From Bacteroidaceae bacterium (GTDB lineage: Archaea > Methanobacteriota > Methanobacteria > Methanobacteriales > Methanobacteriaceae), in the NCBI GenBank assembly GCA_963606955.1, contig CAVDAS010000001.1, positions 31,871 through 95,870 of the forward strand: a stretch of DNA of 64,000 nt, given 5' to 3'. Shown here piece after piece: positions 20,170 through 32,156 of this stretch. The position numbers and the translations under genes were made by a program. Each line of letters opens with the position of its first letter. Position 1 is the first letter of the stretch. The notes beneath the pieces are model-generated. The model saw only the letters and a list, made by a program, of their open reading frames with translations, had not been told where the DNA came from and did no database searches.

Positions 20170-20520
20170 TTAATCCTCATGTTGAATTAAAACTATATTT
20201 ACTCCATTTGGATCAATAACTCTTGCCATAATTCCAACAGATATTTTAGTTGGTTCCATAGCTATTTCAACATCTTTTTTTCTAAAACTTTCTAATTCTT
20301 TATTAATATCTTCAACATCCAATCCTACAGAGTAAAAGCCTGTTTTAAAAGCATTATTTTCAATTAATTCAAAACCTGTTTCATTTCCATTACTAAGAAG
20401 AGTAATTACTCCAGCAGGTAAGTTAAATACTTCATCAACCTCAAAACCTAAAACATTTGTATAAAACTCAACAGATTCTTCCATATTATCTACAATAATT
20501 GTAACATACATTATTTTCAT
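20170..20520 (-). CDS. VOC (glyoxalase/bleomycin-resistance/dioxygenase) family protein
   Basis: 116 aa. N-terminal VTIIVDNMEESVEFYTNVLGF is a typical VOC beta-alpha-beta start. It lies 3 nt from the MFS start. Confidence 0.7.
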   Translation of the reverse strand: MKIMYVTIIVDNMEESVEFYTNVLGFEVDEVFNLPAGVITLLSNGNETGFELIENNAFKTGFYSVGLDVEDINKELESFRKKDVEIAMEPTKISVGIMARVIDPNGVNIVLIQHED

Positions 20521-20530
20521 ATTATCAACT

Positions 20531-21460
20531 TCATTTAAGTTTTTTCATTAAACCGGACATTCTAGCATAATGAAATAAGTATAATTGAACATAACCAGCA
20601 TAATCTCCAAATTCTTCTATGCCAAATTCCCTTATTTTAGATACACTTACATCTTTATTATCAAAATAGAGATATGAAACTATACGTTTAATCCAAACAT
20701 CACTAGGAAATGCCTGTTTAAAATTAAAACCATACAACAATATACAGTCAGCTACTTTAGGTCCAACCCCTGGAACTTTTAATATTTCCTCAAAAGCTTC
20801 CTCATAAGACATTTTAGAAATATCATCAAGGTCCATTTCAAGTGTAAAAATCTCACTAGCTCCCCTCATGTATTGTGCCCTATATCCTACACCACAAGTT
20901 TTCAAATTGTTAATACAGCTATCTAGATTTTTTATGTGGGTACAACATTCTAGTTCTTCCAAATCATCGCAATATATCTTTTTAAAGCTAAAAATATCTG
21001 GAAATGTGAAATAATCTAGGTTATCATAAGTGTGTTTATTTCCCCACGATTTTTTAATATCATCAATAGATTTTGTCCATCTAGCTATTGAATTATTTGC
21101 AGAACATATTGAAGAAATTACACATTCAAATTTATCTTTAGCTAAAAATAATCTTAAATCTCTACAAAAATTAGTCATATCAGCTAATTCTGGCTGATTA
21201 TTTAAATATTTATAAAATTTATCTAAATTAAAATCTAAATCAAAAATAGTCTTTATTTTTTTAGCAGCTTGGTTATTAGAAATATCCCCAATAAAATCAA
21301 AATCCAGGTTATTGTTTTCTTGTTTAACTTGAAATAAGACTGGTTTATTATCAACTAAAACAACATCAGAGTAAACATTATTATTTAATTTCCAAGGAGG
21401 TTGCGATGTTTGACCAGAACTTTGAGTGAGTTCCAGGTCAATTGGGGCATTAATTATCAT
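20531..21460 (-). CDS. ogg: 8-oxoguanine DNA glycosylase/AP lyase, Ogg1-like (HhH-GPD)
   Basis: HhH-GPD motif [16 protein letters not shown] followed by D. An N-terminal SGQ...W domain is typical of the Ogg1 family. Its start overlaps the hisF stop by 4 nt. Confidence 0.75.
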   Translation of the reverse strand: MIINAPIDLELTQSSGQTSQPPWKLNNNVYSDVVLVDNKPVLFQVKQENNNLDFDFIGDISNNQAAKKIKTIFDLDFNLDKFYKYLNNQPELADMTNFCRDLRLFLAKDKFECVISSICSANNSIARWTKSIDDIKKSWGNKHTYDNLDYFTFPDIFSFKKIYCDDLEELECCTHIKNLDSCINNLKTCGVGYRAQYMRGASEIFTLEMDLDDISKMSYEEAFEEILKVPGVGPKVADCILLYGFNFKQAFPSDVWIKRIVSYLYFDNKDVSVSKIREFGIEEFGDYAGYVQLYLFHYARMSGLMKKLK

Positions 21461-22281
21461 AATCTCACAGAAACATTATTTTCTTTTAAGTATTGTTTAA
21501 CCTCATTAATTGAATATTGGTTAAAATGGAAAATACTAGCTGCAAGAGCTGCACTAACATCAGTTTTTTGGAAAACCTCTAAAATATGTGCCGGATTTCC
21601 TCCACCACCACTAGCTATTACTGGAATATCAATTGCATCATTAATAGCTTTATTTAGAGCAATATCATAACCTTCTTTAGTTCCGTCCCCATCCATACTA
21701 GTTAAAAGAATTTCCCCAGCTCCTAATTCCTGACATTTAACTGCCCAGTCTATAGCATCAATACCTGTAAATTCTCTTCCACCATAAATACTGCAGTCAA
21801 ACCAGCAATATCCTTCAGCAGTTTCAACAACATTTTTATCTGGAGCATCTGATGGATTATCTACATATCTTCTTTTTGCATCAATCCCAACAACAACTGC
21901 CTGAGATCCAACAACCTTAGAAGCTTCTGTTAGCAATTCAGGATTTTTAATAGCTGCAGTATTTGTAGAGCATTTATCAGCCCCTGCTTTTAGCATTTTT
22001 GTATAATCCTCAACTTTTCTAATCCCCCCACCTACACAAATAGGTATGAAAACATTTTCAGTTAAGCGATTAATTACATCAGCCATTGTTGCTCTTCGCT
22101 CGTAAGATGCAGTAATATCTAAAATAACAATTTCATCTGCACCTATTTCATAATAACGTGTAGCTAAATCTACAGGATTTCCTGCATATTTAATTTCTTT
22201 AAATTCTACACCTTTAACAACTCTTCCTTCTGGCACTTGCAAATCACAATCAAGACAAGGAATAATTCTTTTAGTTAGCAT
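21457..22281 (-). CDS. hisF: Imidazole glycerol phosphate synthase, cyclase subunit
   Basis: Motifs [14 protein letters not shown] and ASGGGG, with TIM-barrel HisF length (274 aa). Confidence 0.93.
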   Translation of the reverse strand: MLTKRIIPCLDCDLQVPEGRVVKGVEFKEIKYAGNPVDLATRYYEIGADEIVILDITASYERRATMADVINRLTENVFIPICVGGGIRKVEDYTKMLKAGADKCSTNTAAIKNPELLTEASKVVGSQAVVVGIDAKRRYVDNPSDAPDKNVVETAEGYCWFDCSIYGGREFTGIDAIDWAVKCQELGAGEILLTSMDGDGTKEGYDIALNKAINDAIDIPVIASGGGGNPAHILEVFQKTDVSAALAASIFHFNQYSINEVKQYLKENNVSVRL

Positions 22282-22346
22282 GTAATTACCTAATAATAAA
22301 AAATAGCTTGTTTTTTAAAAAAAAAAACAAGAAAAAAGTCTGGAAT

Positions 22347-22514
22347 TTAACTAGATCCAGAGTATCTTAAAACAAAACAGAATATAGCTAAAATAACTGT
22401 AATAACTATAACATGTTCAGGAGAAAGTTTTGGACCTACACTTTCTTCATCAAAATATCTTACTAAACCAGCACCAGTTTGAGGCATGCTAATTTTATCA
22501 TTCTTTTTTGACAT
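22347..22514 (-). CDS. secG: Preprotein translocase subunit Sec61-beta (SecG, archaeal)
   Basis: Not in the ORF track (55 aa). Translation is MSKKNDKISMPQTGAGLVRYFDEESVGPKLSPEHVIVITVILAIFCFVLRYSGSS. It has the Sec61beta signature AGLVRYFDEE followed by one C-terminal TM anchor. Confidence 0.8.
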   Translation of the reverse strand: MSKKNDKISMPQTGAGLVRYFDEESVGPKLSPEHVIVITVILAIFCFVLRYSGSS

Positions 22515-22583
22515 AATAAACTCCCTTTAAATTAATTTATAAAAATAATTGAATATATTTATTTTTTTCATAGTATATAAACT

Positions 22584-23051
22584 TTAGATTTTCTCTTTTT
22601 TAATTACACAAATATCGCTTATTTTTGTATCTGGGTACTGACCATCTTCATCTTTTTCAACAGCTTTAACCATGTCCCATATTGTAAGTAAACTAACACT
22701 TACACCAGTTAAAGCTTCCATTTCAACACCTGTTTTGCCTAATGTTCTAACACTGCATGTTGCAGTTATTTCAGTTGCTTTAACATCAAAATCTATTTCA
22801 ATTCCAGTTAAACTCAATGGATGACAAAGAGGAATAATTGAAGAAGTATCTTTAACAGCCTGAATTCCAGCTATTTGAGCAGTAGTTAATACATTTCCTT
22901 TCTTAATTTCTTCATTTTGAATCATTTCAATAGTGTTTTCATCTAAATGTATTTTTCCACTAGCTATAGCTAGTCTCTTCTGATTGATTTTATCCCCAAC
23001 TTCAACCATGTGTACTCCACTATCTGTTAGGTGTGTAAACTCTTTATTCAT
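22584..23051 (-). CDS. moaC: Cyclic pyranopterin monophosphate synthase accessory protein MoaC
   Basis: 155 aa. THLTDSG..HMVEV, IIPLCHPL and GVEMEALT motifs are typical of MoaC. Confidence 0.9.
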   Translation of the reverse strand: MNKEFTHLTDSGVHMVEVGDKINQKRLAIASGKIHLDENTIEMIQNEEIKKGNVLTTAQIAGIQAVKDTSSIIPLCHPLSLTGIEIDFDVKATEITATCSVRTLGKTGVEMEALTGVSVSLLTIWDMVKAVEKDEDGQYPDTKISDICVIKKEKI

Positions 23052-23059
23052 GATAATCC

Positions 23060-24265
23060 CTATTTTTCACTTACTTCTACAACATCTAGTTGTTCACAAA
23101 TAGATTTAACTCCTAAAAGCTCACCAACATTAGGTTTAGTTCTGTTTTCATCACCGGAAATTAATTCTTTGATGTATAAACCGCCTTCTGTTTTAACAGT
23201 CATCTCAAAGGTAGTATCATCAATTACTTCACAAGAAACATTATGAACATGCTTAATTCTTACTTTATCTGCTCTTCTATGAAGTACTCTTAAAGGTGTT
23301 TGTTGATGAATTTCATCTAAATTGTTTAAACTAGCTAATTTATCCTTATCATAAGGCACGTCACATTTTACTAAAGCCTTATAAATTTTATAAGCATCAC
23401 TTGAAGATACTTTAATTTCTGCTTTTCTATTTCTTTGGCAGAATTTTAAATTATGATATTGAGTTTTTCCTTCATTTATTTTATTTATTTTTTCTTCTAA
23501 ACTAGCTAAATCAATTTTTCTAATTTTAGGCTCTTTAATTTCAAGAACAAAAGGTCTTCCAGAACCTAACATTAGCACATCAATATCTTCACGACCTGCA
23601 CCATGGAATTTAGCTTGCCAACCATTTGTAGCTTCTAAAATATGCTCAGATAACAACTCTTCTACAGATTCAGGATATTGTTTACCTGTAAAATTACACT
23701 CTTCGCAGCCTTTTCCCTTACATTTGCCACAAGGCCATTTTGTTTGAGGAATTCCGCGAACTAGCTTATTGTATTTTCCCTCAATGAAAATTGGATTAAT
23801 TTGAATTCTAACTTTAGGATCTTTTCTTAAATCAATGTTAATTACAATGTCTTGTTTTTCAAATTCAACTTCTTTTTCTAAATTATTTTCAATAACACGG
23901 CCAATTATTCTGTTTACTTCCTTTTTAATTGGTTCCACATCTAAGTTGAATTTTTCACTTAATTCATCATCACGACTTTTAATTTCTTTATCGATTCTGG
24001 ACCCTACAAGAAAAGTGTCAAATTCTATATTTAAGAAGTCAATTTTATCATAAACTTTTTTAAATAAATCTTCATCGATTTTATCAAAGATATTTCCACA
24101 AATCACACATTCTTCTGGTTCCTGGATTTCTAAATCTTCAAAAATCTTTTCTCCGCGATTTATATTATCCCTACCTTCTACAATGTGAGAAAGCTTACGT
24201 CCTAAGCAATGTTTACAAATCTGACCATTTGTTTCTTCTAATATTTTTTTGGCTAATTCATACAT
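23060..24265 (-). CDS. pus10: tRNA pseudouridine(54/55) synthase Pus10
   Basis: 401 aa. N-terminal zinc-binding Cys pairs (CKHCLGR, CVICGN), a second cluster CGKCKGKGCEEC, and a C-terminal catalytic domain with GREDIDV. Confidence 0.88.
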   Translation of the reverse strand: MYELAKKILEETNGQICKHCLGRKLSHIVEGRDNINRGEKIFEDLEIQEPEECVICGNIFDKIDEDLFKKVYDKIDFLNIEFDTFLVGSRIDKEIKSRDDELSEKFNLDVEPIKKEVNRIIGRVIENNLEKEVEFEKQDIVINIDLRKDPKVRIQINPIFIEGKYNKLVRGIPQTKWPCGKCKGKGCEECNFTGKQYPESVEELLSEHILEATNGWQAKFHGAGREDIDVLMLGSGRPFVLEIKEPKIRKIDLASLEEKINKINEGKTQYHNLKFCQRNRKAEIKVSSSDAYKIYKALVKCDVPYDKDKLASLNNLDEIHQQTPLRVLHRRADKVRIKHVHNVSCEVIDDTTFEMTVKTEGGLYIKELISGDENRTKPNVGELLGVKSICEQLDVVEVSEK

Positions 24266-24269
24266 ATTA

Positions 24270-25613
24270 TCATTTCATGAAGTGGCCCATCATACGGTTC
24301 ATTGAACCATTACCAAAGCGTCCACGTTTTCCAATACCTTTCATAGTCTTTTTAGTGTTGTTGTAATATTTTAACAAGTCTCTTACTTCTGATTCCTCAA
24401 CACCAGCACCCATAGCTATTCTTTTAATACGTGACTGTTTGATTAATTTTGGGTCTTCCATTTCTTTTTTAGTCATTGAAGACATGATAACCTTGTATCC
24501 TTCAATTTTATCTTCAGTCATTTTAGATGCTTCTTTAGATACTTTATTTCCAAGTCCAGGAATCATATTTAAGACCTGTTGCATTGGCCCCATACTGTTC
24601 ATCATATCAAATTGATTTTGCATATCTACCAAAGTGAATTTACCAGACATCATGTTTTTCATGGTTTTTTCAGCCATGTCTTCATCAATGTTGTCTTCAG
24701 CTTTTTCTATAAGGCTTTGAATATCACCCATTCCAAGCAATCTTGAAATAAACCTTTCCGGATCAAATAATTCAAAATCATCAATACGTTCACCAGTACC
24801 AACAAATTTAATTGGAGCACCAGTTTCAGCTACTGCAGACATTGCACCTCCACCTTTAGCTGAACCATCTAACTTAGTAATTATTATAGAACCAACATCA
24901 GTTGCCTTTGAGAATGCCTTAGCCTGTTCGCCAGCTTGCTGACCAATTGTTCCATCAATTACAAGAATAGATTCAGTTGGTTGAACAATATCATCCAGTT
25001 CATCCATTTCAGCAATTAAGTCTTCTTCCTGTTTGTGTCTTCCTGCAGTATCGAAAATAATAACTTTCCTATTTTTAAACTCTTTTAAACCTTTTTGGGC
25101 TAAATCAAGAGCATCTTTATTATTTGGATCACCGTAAAGAGGTATTTGCATTTCTTCAGTCAATTGTCTTAATTGTTCATAAGCAGCAGGTCTCCATGTA
25201 TCTGTACATACAACAGCTGGATTAAAACCTTTTTTCTGCAAGTATCTGCATAATTTACCAATAGTAGTTGTTTTACCACTACCTTGTAAACCTAAGAATA
25301 AAATTTTATAAGGTTTAACATCAATATCCAATCCTGCAGCCTCACCACCTAAAAGATTTACCATTTCTTCATAGATAATTGTTATAACATATTCTCTTGG
25401 AGTAATACCTTTTGGAGGTTCTTCTTCAAGAGCCCTACTTTCAATTTTTTTGGATAAATCTAAAACTAAAGCGATATTAACATCAGATTGAATTAAAGCA
25501 CGTTGTATCTCTTTTACAACTTCTTTTATTGTTTTTTTATCAATAACTGACATTCCTACTAACTTTTTCATAGTATTAGTAAGATTTTCACCTAAATTTC
25601 CAAGCATCGCCAT
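24270..25613 (-). CDS. srp54: Signal recognition particle protein SRP54
   Basis: GTPase motifs [16 protein letters not shown] and TKLDG, plus a Met-rich M domain. Confidence 0.95.
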   Translation of the reverse strand: MAMLGNLGENLTNTMKKLVGMSVIDKKTIKEVVKEIQRALIQSDVNIALVLDLSKKIESRALEEEPPKGITPREYVITIIYEEMVNLLGGEAAGLDIDVKPYKILFLGLQGSGKTTTIGKLCRYLQKKGFNPAVVCTDTWRPAAYEQLRQLTEEMQIPLYGDPNNKDALDLAQKGLKEFKNRKVIIFDTAGRHKQEEDLIAEMDELDDIVQPTESILVIDGTIGQQAGEQAKAFSKATDVGSIIITKLDGSAKGGGAMSAVAETGAPIKFVGTGERIDDFELFDPERFISRLLGMGDIQSLIEKAEDNIDEDMAEKTMKNMMSGKFTLVDMQNQFDMMNSMGPMQQVLNMIPGLGNKVSKEASKMTEDKIEGYKVIMSSMTKKEMEDPKLIKQSRIKRIAMGAGVEESEVRDLLKYYNNTKKTMKGIGKRGRFGNGSMNRMMGHFMK

Positions 25614-25716
25614 AATATCACACGATTAAAATTATTTTTTAAGAAAAATTTATATTAAATTTTATATTAAATATATATTATATTTAATTTAATTTTTAAA
25701 TTTTTGTGTGAGATAT

Positions 25717-27292
<1,576 letters not shown>

Positions 27293-27359
27293 TTTTAAAT
27301 ATTAATAAAAATAAAATTATTATATTAATATTAAAATTCCTTATTTTGGTGATTTGATT

Positions 27360-27932
27360 ATGAGTATAAAAGACGGGGCATTTGTAATGCCTGGAGATAA
27401 ACTAGGAATAATTGAGCAGTATTTGCTTGGAAATGGTACTTATGAAGATAACGGCGAGATTAAATCATCAGTATTAGGAAATGTTCAAATTGATTCAAAA
27501 TTAAGGACGATTACTGTAAAAGCTAAATCTGGCCAACCTGCTCTTTTAAAATTAGGTGATACTGTTTACGGACAAATAACCGACATAAAACCCCAAAGAG
27601 CTAATGTAAATATTGATTGCTTAACAAACAGTAGCAGACCTTTAGCACTTCCATACATAGGTGCAATTCATATATCCCAAGCAAAATCAGGATATTTAGA
27701 TAAATTAACAGATGCTTTTAGAATTGGAGATATTATAAAAGCTAAAGTAGTAAAAATTACTGGAGATAATGTTGATTTAGCTACAGTGGATGATGATTGC
27801 GGTGTTCTAAAAGCAATGTGTACTCGTTGTAGAGATTATATGAACACTACACAAAAAGAAAATGAAGTCCAATGTAGAACATGTAATAAAAAAGAAAAAC
27901 GTGAAGTTTCTATAAATTATGTTAATAGCTAA
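27360..27932 (+). CDS. csl4: Exosome complex RNA-binding protein Csl4
   Basis: An S1-like core (GQITDIKPQRANVNI) plus a C-terminal zinc ribbon (CTRC...CRTC). ATG 27360 is preceded by GGTGAT; the track start is TTG 27354. Confidence 0.85.
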   Translation: MSIKDGAFVMPGDKLGIIEQYLLGNGTYEDNGEIKSSVLGNVQIDSKLRTITVKAKSGQPALLKLGDTVYGQITDIKPQRANVNIDCLTNSSRPLALPYIGAIHISQAKSGYLDKLTDAFRIGDIIKAKVVKITGDNVDLATVDDDCGVLKAMCTRCRDYMNTTQKENEVQCRTCNKKEKREVSINYVNS

Positions 27933-27943
27933 TTAAGGTTGAT

Positions 27944-28234
27944 ATGATGGATAACGATACTAATATTGAAATTATTGAAGATAAAACATTAGAACTTGAA
28001 TTTATTGTACATGGCGAAAGTCACGGAGTATGTAATGCACTTAGACATATCTTAATGCAAGATAGCGATGTTGAATATGCTGTTTACAATATTGACCATC
28101 CTCTTACTGGTGAACCAATTATGACTATCAAAACCAAAAGAGGAAAAAGACCAAGAAATGTATTGAAAAAAGCAGCTAGTCAACTTAAAGATGATTCTGC
28201 AGACTTTAAAAAACTTATTGAAGAAAGCTTATAA
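27944..28234 (+). CDS. rpoL: DNA-directed RNA polymerase subunit L (Rpo11)
   Basis: 96 aa. GESHGVCNALRHIL and HPL motifs are typical of RpoL. Confidence 0.88.
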   Translation: MMDNDTNIEIIEDKTLELEFIVHGESHGVCNALRHILMQDSDVEYAVYNIDHPLTGEPIMTIKTKRGKRPRNVLKKAASQLKDDSADFKKLIEESL

Positions 28235-28267
28235 CTTCAATAATAACTTATTTTTATTTTGAGGGAT

Positions 28268-28693
28268 ATGATGGGAGATTACAAAATTCCTTCATTAACC
28301 ACAGATATTTTTATTTTTGATGAAAAGACTAATTTTATTCTTATTAAAAGGAAAAATGAACCTTTTAAAGATTGTTGGGCTCTTCCTGGAGGCTTTGTAG
28401 AATATGGGGAAACTGTAGAAACTGCAGCTATTCGTGAAGCTAAAGAAGAAACTAGTATTGATGTTGAATTAATAGATTTAGTTAATGTTTACTCAAAACC
28501 AGATAGAGACCCACGAGGGCACACAATAACCATAGCTTATACAGCTAAAGGAAATATGGATAACAGGAAAGCAGATAGTGATGCATGTGAAATAGGTATT
28601 TTCTCACCAAAAGATTTGGACAATATTGAACTTGCTTTTGACCATGCAATAATTATTGATGACTGTTTAAATGCCGTTTCAAGTAAATTTTAA
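28268..28693 (+). CDS. NUDIX hydrolase (ADP-ribose pyrophosphatase-like)
   Basis: Nudix box PGGFVEYGETVETAAIREAKEETSI. ATG 28268 is preceded by GAGGGA; the track start is TTG 28259. Confidence 0.82.
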   Translation: MMGDYKIPSLTTDIFIFDEKTNFILIKRKNEPFKDCWALPGGFVEYGETVETAAIREAKEETSIDVELIDLVNVYSKPDRDPRGHTITIAYTAKGNMDNRKADSDACEIGIFSPKDLDNIELAFDHAIIIDDCLNAVSSKF

Positions 28694-28787
28694 TGTTAAA
28701 AAATAACAAATATATAAATAAGTTAAGAATATAATGTAAAATGTTATAAAAGTTTTAATAAAAAAAATATATAAGGGGTTAAAAAAT

Positions 28788-29096
28788 ATGGAGTTTTGTC
28801 CAGAATGCGGATCAATGTTACTTCCAACAGGAGATAATGAATTAAAATGTAGTTGTGGATATACTAAAGAGTTATCCAAAAAAGGATATGAAGTTAAAGA
28901 AGAAATTAAAGCTAGTGACAATGTTATTGAAAAAGGCGAAGATGTAAATACTCTCCCAACTACAAAAGCTGTTTGTCCAGAATGTGGTCATACAGAAGCT
29001 TCATGGTGGTTACAACAAACCCGTAGTGCTGATGAAGCTGAAACACGTTTCTTTAAGTGTCTTGAATGTGGGCACACTTGGAGAGAATACGATTAG
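28788..29096 (+). CDS. tfs: Transcription factor S (TFS, TFIIS/RpoM-like)
   Basis: 102 aa with an N-terminal zinc ribbon CPECG..CSCG. The C-terminal ribbon CPECGH...QTRSADEAETRFFKCLECGH carries the acidic loop. Confidence 0.92.
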   Translation: MEFCPECGSMLLPTGDNELKCSCGYTKELSKKGYEVKEEIKASDNVIEKGEDVNTLPTTKAVCPECGHTEASWWLQQTRSADEAETRFFKCLECGHTWREYD

Positions 29097-29109
29097 AAGA
29101 GGATAGTTT

Positions 29110-30129
29110 ATGAAAAAATCTAAAGAAAATGACCATAGAATTTCTAATTTAAAGGATATGCTAAATAATGTCAAAGATGAAAACATAAACGATGAATCTA
29201 TTGACAATGCAGAGGATGTATTCGATATAAAAGATGATAAAGTCTATGAAGAAGATGAAGAATTACTTGCATATCTTCACAGACAAGATGATGAAAAAGA
29301 ATACGAAATCGATGATGAATTTATTTACCGCCCTGATGCTGACTCAACAACCGGGGAAAATTTAGAAAAAAAAGAGATAAATGAAGATTTCATCATCAAA
29401 ACTAAATTAGATGATGTTGAATTTTCTGAAGATAATAATGAACAAAATGATCCGTTAGATGGAGAAATCTCTGAAAGCTTTGATAATTTAGTAAATGCAA
29501 AAATAGCTGGAACACCAGCAATTGGAATAGCTAGTTTAGTTATAGGAATAATACTACTTATCATATCTATTATTTTACTTGCAAATGCCGGTGATCGAGT
29601 TATTGATAATGTATCCTCCGGAGAGTACAATAGTGTTGGTGTATTCCTTATAATAATAAGTATATTATTAATACTAATAGGAGCATACAAAGTATTTGGA
29701 TTTAAACATACAAATAAACTAGCTAATTCTATTAAAAATATAGAAAAGCAACCAAAACCTAAAAAAGAAGCAGAAGAAAAACCAAAAGAAAAAATTATTC
29801 CAAAAAGCAATATTCCCTTAGATAAAGAATCTTACAAAATCGGGGAATTTGACATGAGTAAATTTAAAGAAAACCTTAAAAAACCTGCTTCTAAATTAGA
29901 TGGAGTTACACATACCAAACAAACAACATTAGATGATGTCCCTCCGGCTAAACAAAGGCCAGAAGAAGAAAAAGGACTTAGTCAAGAAGAAATTGAAGAA
30001 ATAGAATACGAAAAAGCTAGTTTAGATAGCGAGTCTATTGATGAAATTTTTTCAAATGTTGAAGAAATAGATGAAATTCCACTTGTTTCTGTTGATTCAA
30101 AAGATACTAAAAAAGATAAAAAAGAATAA
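29110..30129 (+). CDS. Hypothetical membrane protein: acidic N-terminus, two TM helices, Lys/Glu-rich C-terminus
   Basis: 339 aa. TM segments are AIGIASLVIGIILLIISIILLA and VGVFLIIISILLILIGAYKVFGF, with low-complexity flanks. It is co-directional with tfs, 13 nt downstream. Confidence 0.6.
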   Translation: MKKSKENDHRISNLKDMLNNVKDENINDESIDNAEDVFDIKDDKVYEEDEELLAYLHRQDDEKEYEIDDEFIYRPDADSTTGENLEKKEINEDFIIKTKLDDVEFSEDNNEQNDPLDGEISESFDNLVNAKIAGTPAIGIASLVIGIILLIISIILLANAGDRVIDNVSSGEYNSVGVFLIIISILLILIGAYKVFGFKHTNKLANSIKNIEKQPKPKKEAEEKPKEKIIPKSNIPLDKESYKIGEFDMSKFKENLKKPASKLDGVTHTKQTTLDDVPPAKQRPEEEKGLSQEEIEEIEYEKASLDSESIDEIFSNVEEIDEIPLVSVDSKDTKKDKKE

Positions 30130-30138
30130 ATATTATTT

Positions 30139-30213
<75 letters not shown>

Positions 30214-30228
30214 ACTTTTTTTAAAAAA

Positions 30229-32067
30229 TTAATCTTTAAGCCTAACAATAGCTTCTTTAAAGAAATCTGGAATTAAAGACCTGTATAATGGGCTTTTAAG
30301 AATCATGTTAATATCACTATCTAAAACATAAGTATAACATGAATCATCTTCTGCACGCATTCCACGACCATATGCCTGCATAAGAGTCATTACTGTTTTA
30401 TATGCATACCATTTTTGGTCTCTTTTACGCCTCATGTTAACTTGTTTATCTCCAAGATAAGGGAAAGGAATTTTATAAATAACTTGGAATCTGCATTTAT
30501 CATATGGTAAATCTACACCTTCACTCATTGATGGAGACACTAAAACTAAAGGATTATCATCTTTTTCAAAATAATTCAATACTTCTTCCCTATTTTTTGA
30601 AGTATGTGAAATTAACCTTGAATTAGGCAAATTCTGATTAATATACCTTTGACATTTATAGCTATTAGTATGAATCAATCCTTTATCACCTTTATGTTTT
30701 TCCAAGATTTTTTGTAAAATAGGAAGTGTTTTAGGAGCAGTATTCTTAATTCTATTTGCAGACATTTTCCCTGCTAAATCTAAGATAATTGGCCTTTTTT
30801 CTTTTGAAAATGGACTATCTACTTTAATATGATATACTTCATTTGGATTTAAACCTAACCATTTTGAAAACATCTTATGAGAAAGAATAGTTGCACTCAT
30901 AAAGATAACAACATCCCCATATTTTAATAAATAATCATTAGCATAGTGATGAACTCTTAATGGTTTAAAAGAAACACTTTTTTCATCAACATCAATAACC
31001 CAGTTTCTAGGTTCTTTTTCTAAGTTATTTTTAAGTGATTTAAGCCTACCAATAGTTGATCTTATCCTGTCAGCCTTATTTTTAGAAATATCTTTAACAT
31101 CAATATCTTCATAAGCTTCAGTAATAGCACCGATTTCCATTATCCAATCTTTAAGTTCACCATCCTCCAAGGTTTCTTTAGAGATTACTTTGTTAATATC
31201 TTTTTCTAAACGATAATTAAACAAATTAACTTCCATTGTGTTCATTAATTTATTTTCAATATTATGAGCTTCATCTAAAATCAATAAAGACCTTGTACCA
31301 AAATGTTTTACATAATTTAACTCTAAAATCCCATAATCATAGTTCATTAAAGTAATTGGAGAATTAACTGCATTTGCTTTTTGATTCCAATAATGACAAT
31401 GCTGATCAGATTGATAAAATACAGTTCCACCATAAGAATCTTCAAAAGCTAACTCTGCATCCAAAGTAGGGTTTTTAGCTACTCCATATGGACAGAAAAA
31501 GTTACTTGAAGTAGGTGATGTCTTACAAGTTCCCATATCACAAGTAAAATCCAAATCATTTAAACAGGAAAAATTCTGCCTACCTTTAACTAATGGAAAA
31601 TCAAACTCATCAGCATATTGCGCTTGGAGTTGTTTTGTCATTGTTAAAATATAAGCGGACCCATACATTTTAGCTAATGTTGTAGCTATTGCAGATTTAC
31701 CAGTTCCTGTTCCTGCTTCTAAAACAATGTATTTATATCCCTGACGAATTGCATCATTAATATCCTGTATAATATCAAGTTGACCTAATCTAGGTGTTTC
31801 AAAAGGAAAATTTTCAATTATATCGGTTTCAATATGCGGATATTTTCCTTGAAGATAAGAAACTGTATCTTCATCTAACCTATGGTCTTCAATAGAATAA
31901 ACTTCAGGAATCTCATCATCTAAAATAGAAGAAGTTCTTGGCTTTTTAAAGCTAAATAAATCAACAGAACCCCCATTTGATGAAGAATCCTCATTATTTG
32001 AATGGCCACAAGTACAATTAGTTTTTAACATACCACAATTTGGACAAAAAATAGAATTAGACATCAA
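30229..32067 (-). CDS. XPD/Rad3/DinG-family SF2 DNA helicase with an N-terminal zinc-ribbon extension
   Basis: Motifs: Walker A EAGTGTGKS, DEAHNIE, a four-Cys cluster between motifs I and II (FSCLNDLDFTCDMGTCK...FFCPYG), SEGVDLP and QAYGRGMR. The N-terminus has CPNCG...CTCGH followed by a Ser-rich linker. Confidence 0.8.
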   Translation of the reverse strand: MMSNSIFCPNCGMLKTNCTCGHSNNEDSSSNGGSVDLFSFKKPRTSSILDDEIPEVYSIEDHRLDEDTVSYLQGKYPHIETDIIENFPFETPRLGQLDIIQDINDAIRQGYKYIVLEAGTGTGKSAIATTLAKMYGSAYILTMTKQLQAQYADEFDFPLVKGRQNFSCLNDLDFTCDMGTCKTSPTSSNFFCPYGVAKNPTLDAELAFEDSYGGTVFYQSDQHCHYWNQKANAVNSPITLMNYDYGILELNYVKHFGTRSLLILDEAHNIENKLMNTMEVNLFNYRLEKDINKVISKETLEDGELKDWIMEIGAITEAYEDIDVKDISKNKADRIRSTIGRLKSLKNNLEKEPRNWVIDVDEKSVSFKPLRVHHYANDYLLKYGDVVIFMSATILSHKMFSKWLGLNPNEVYHIKVDSPFSKEKRPIILDLAGKMSANRIKNTAPKTLPILQKILEKHKGDKGLIHTNSYKCQRYINQNLPNSRLISHTSKNREEVLNYFEKDDNPLVLVSPSMSEGVDLPYDKCRFQVIYKIPFPYLGDKQVNMRRKRDQKWYAYKTVMTLMQAYGRGMRAEDDSCYTYVLDSDINMILKSPLYRSLIPDFFKEAIVRLKD

Positions 32068-32156
32068 ACAATATATTAGTTACTATAGTATAAATAAATT
32101 ATAGAAGTGCATATGAAAAGTAATATTCACAAAAATTAAATCATAAAGATGATAAT

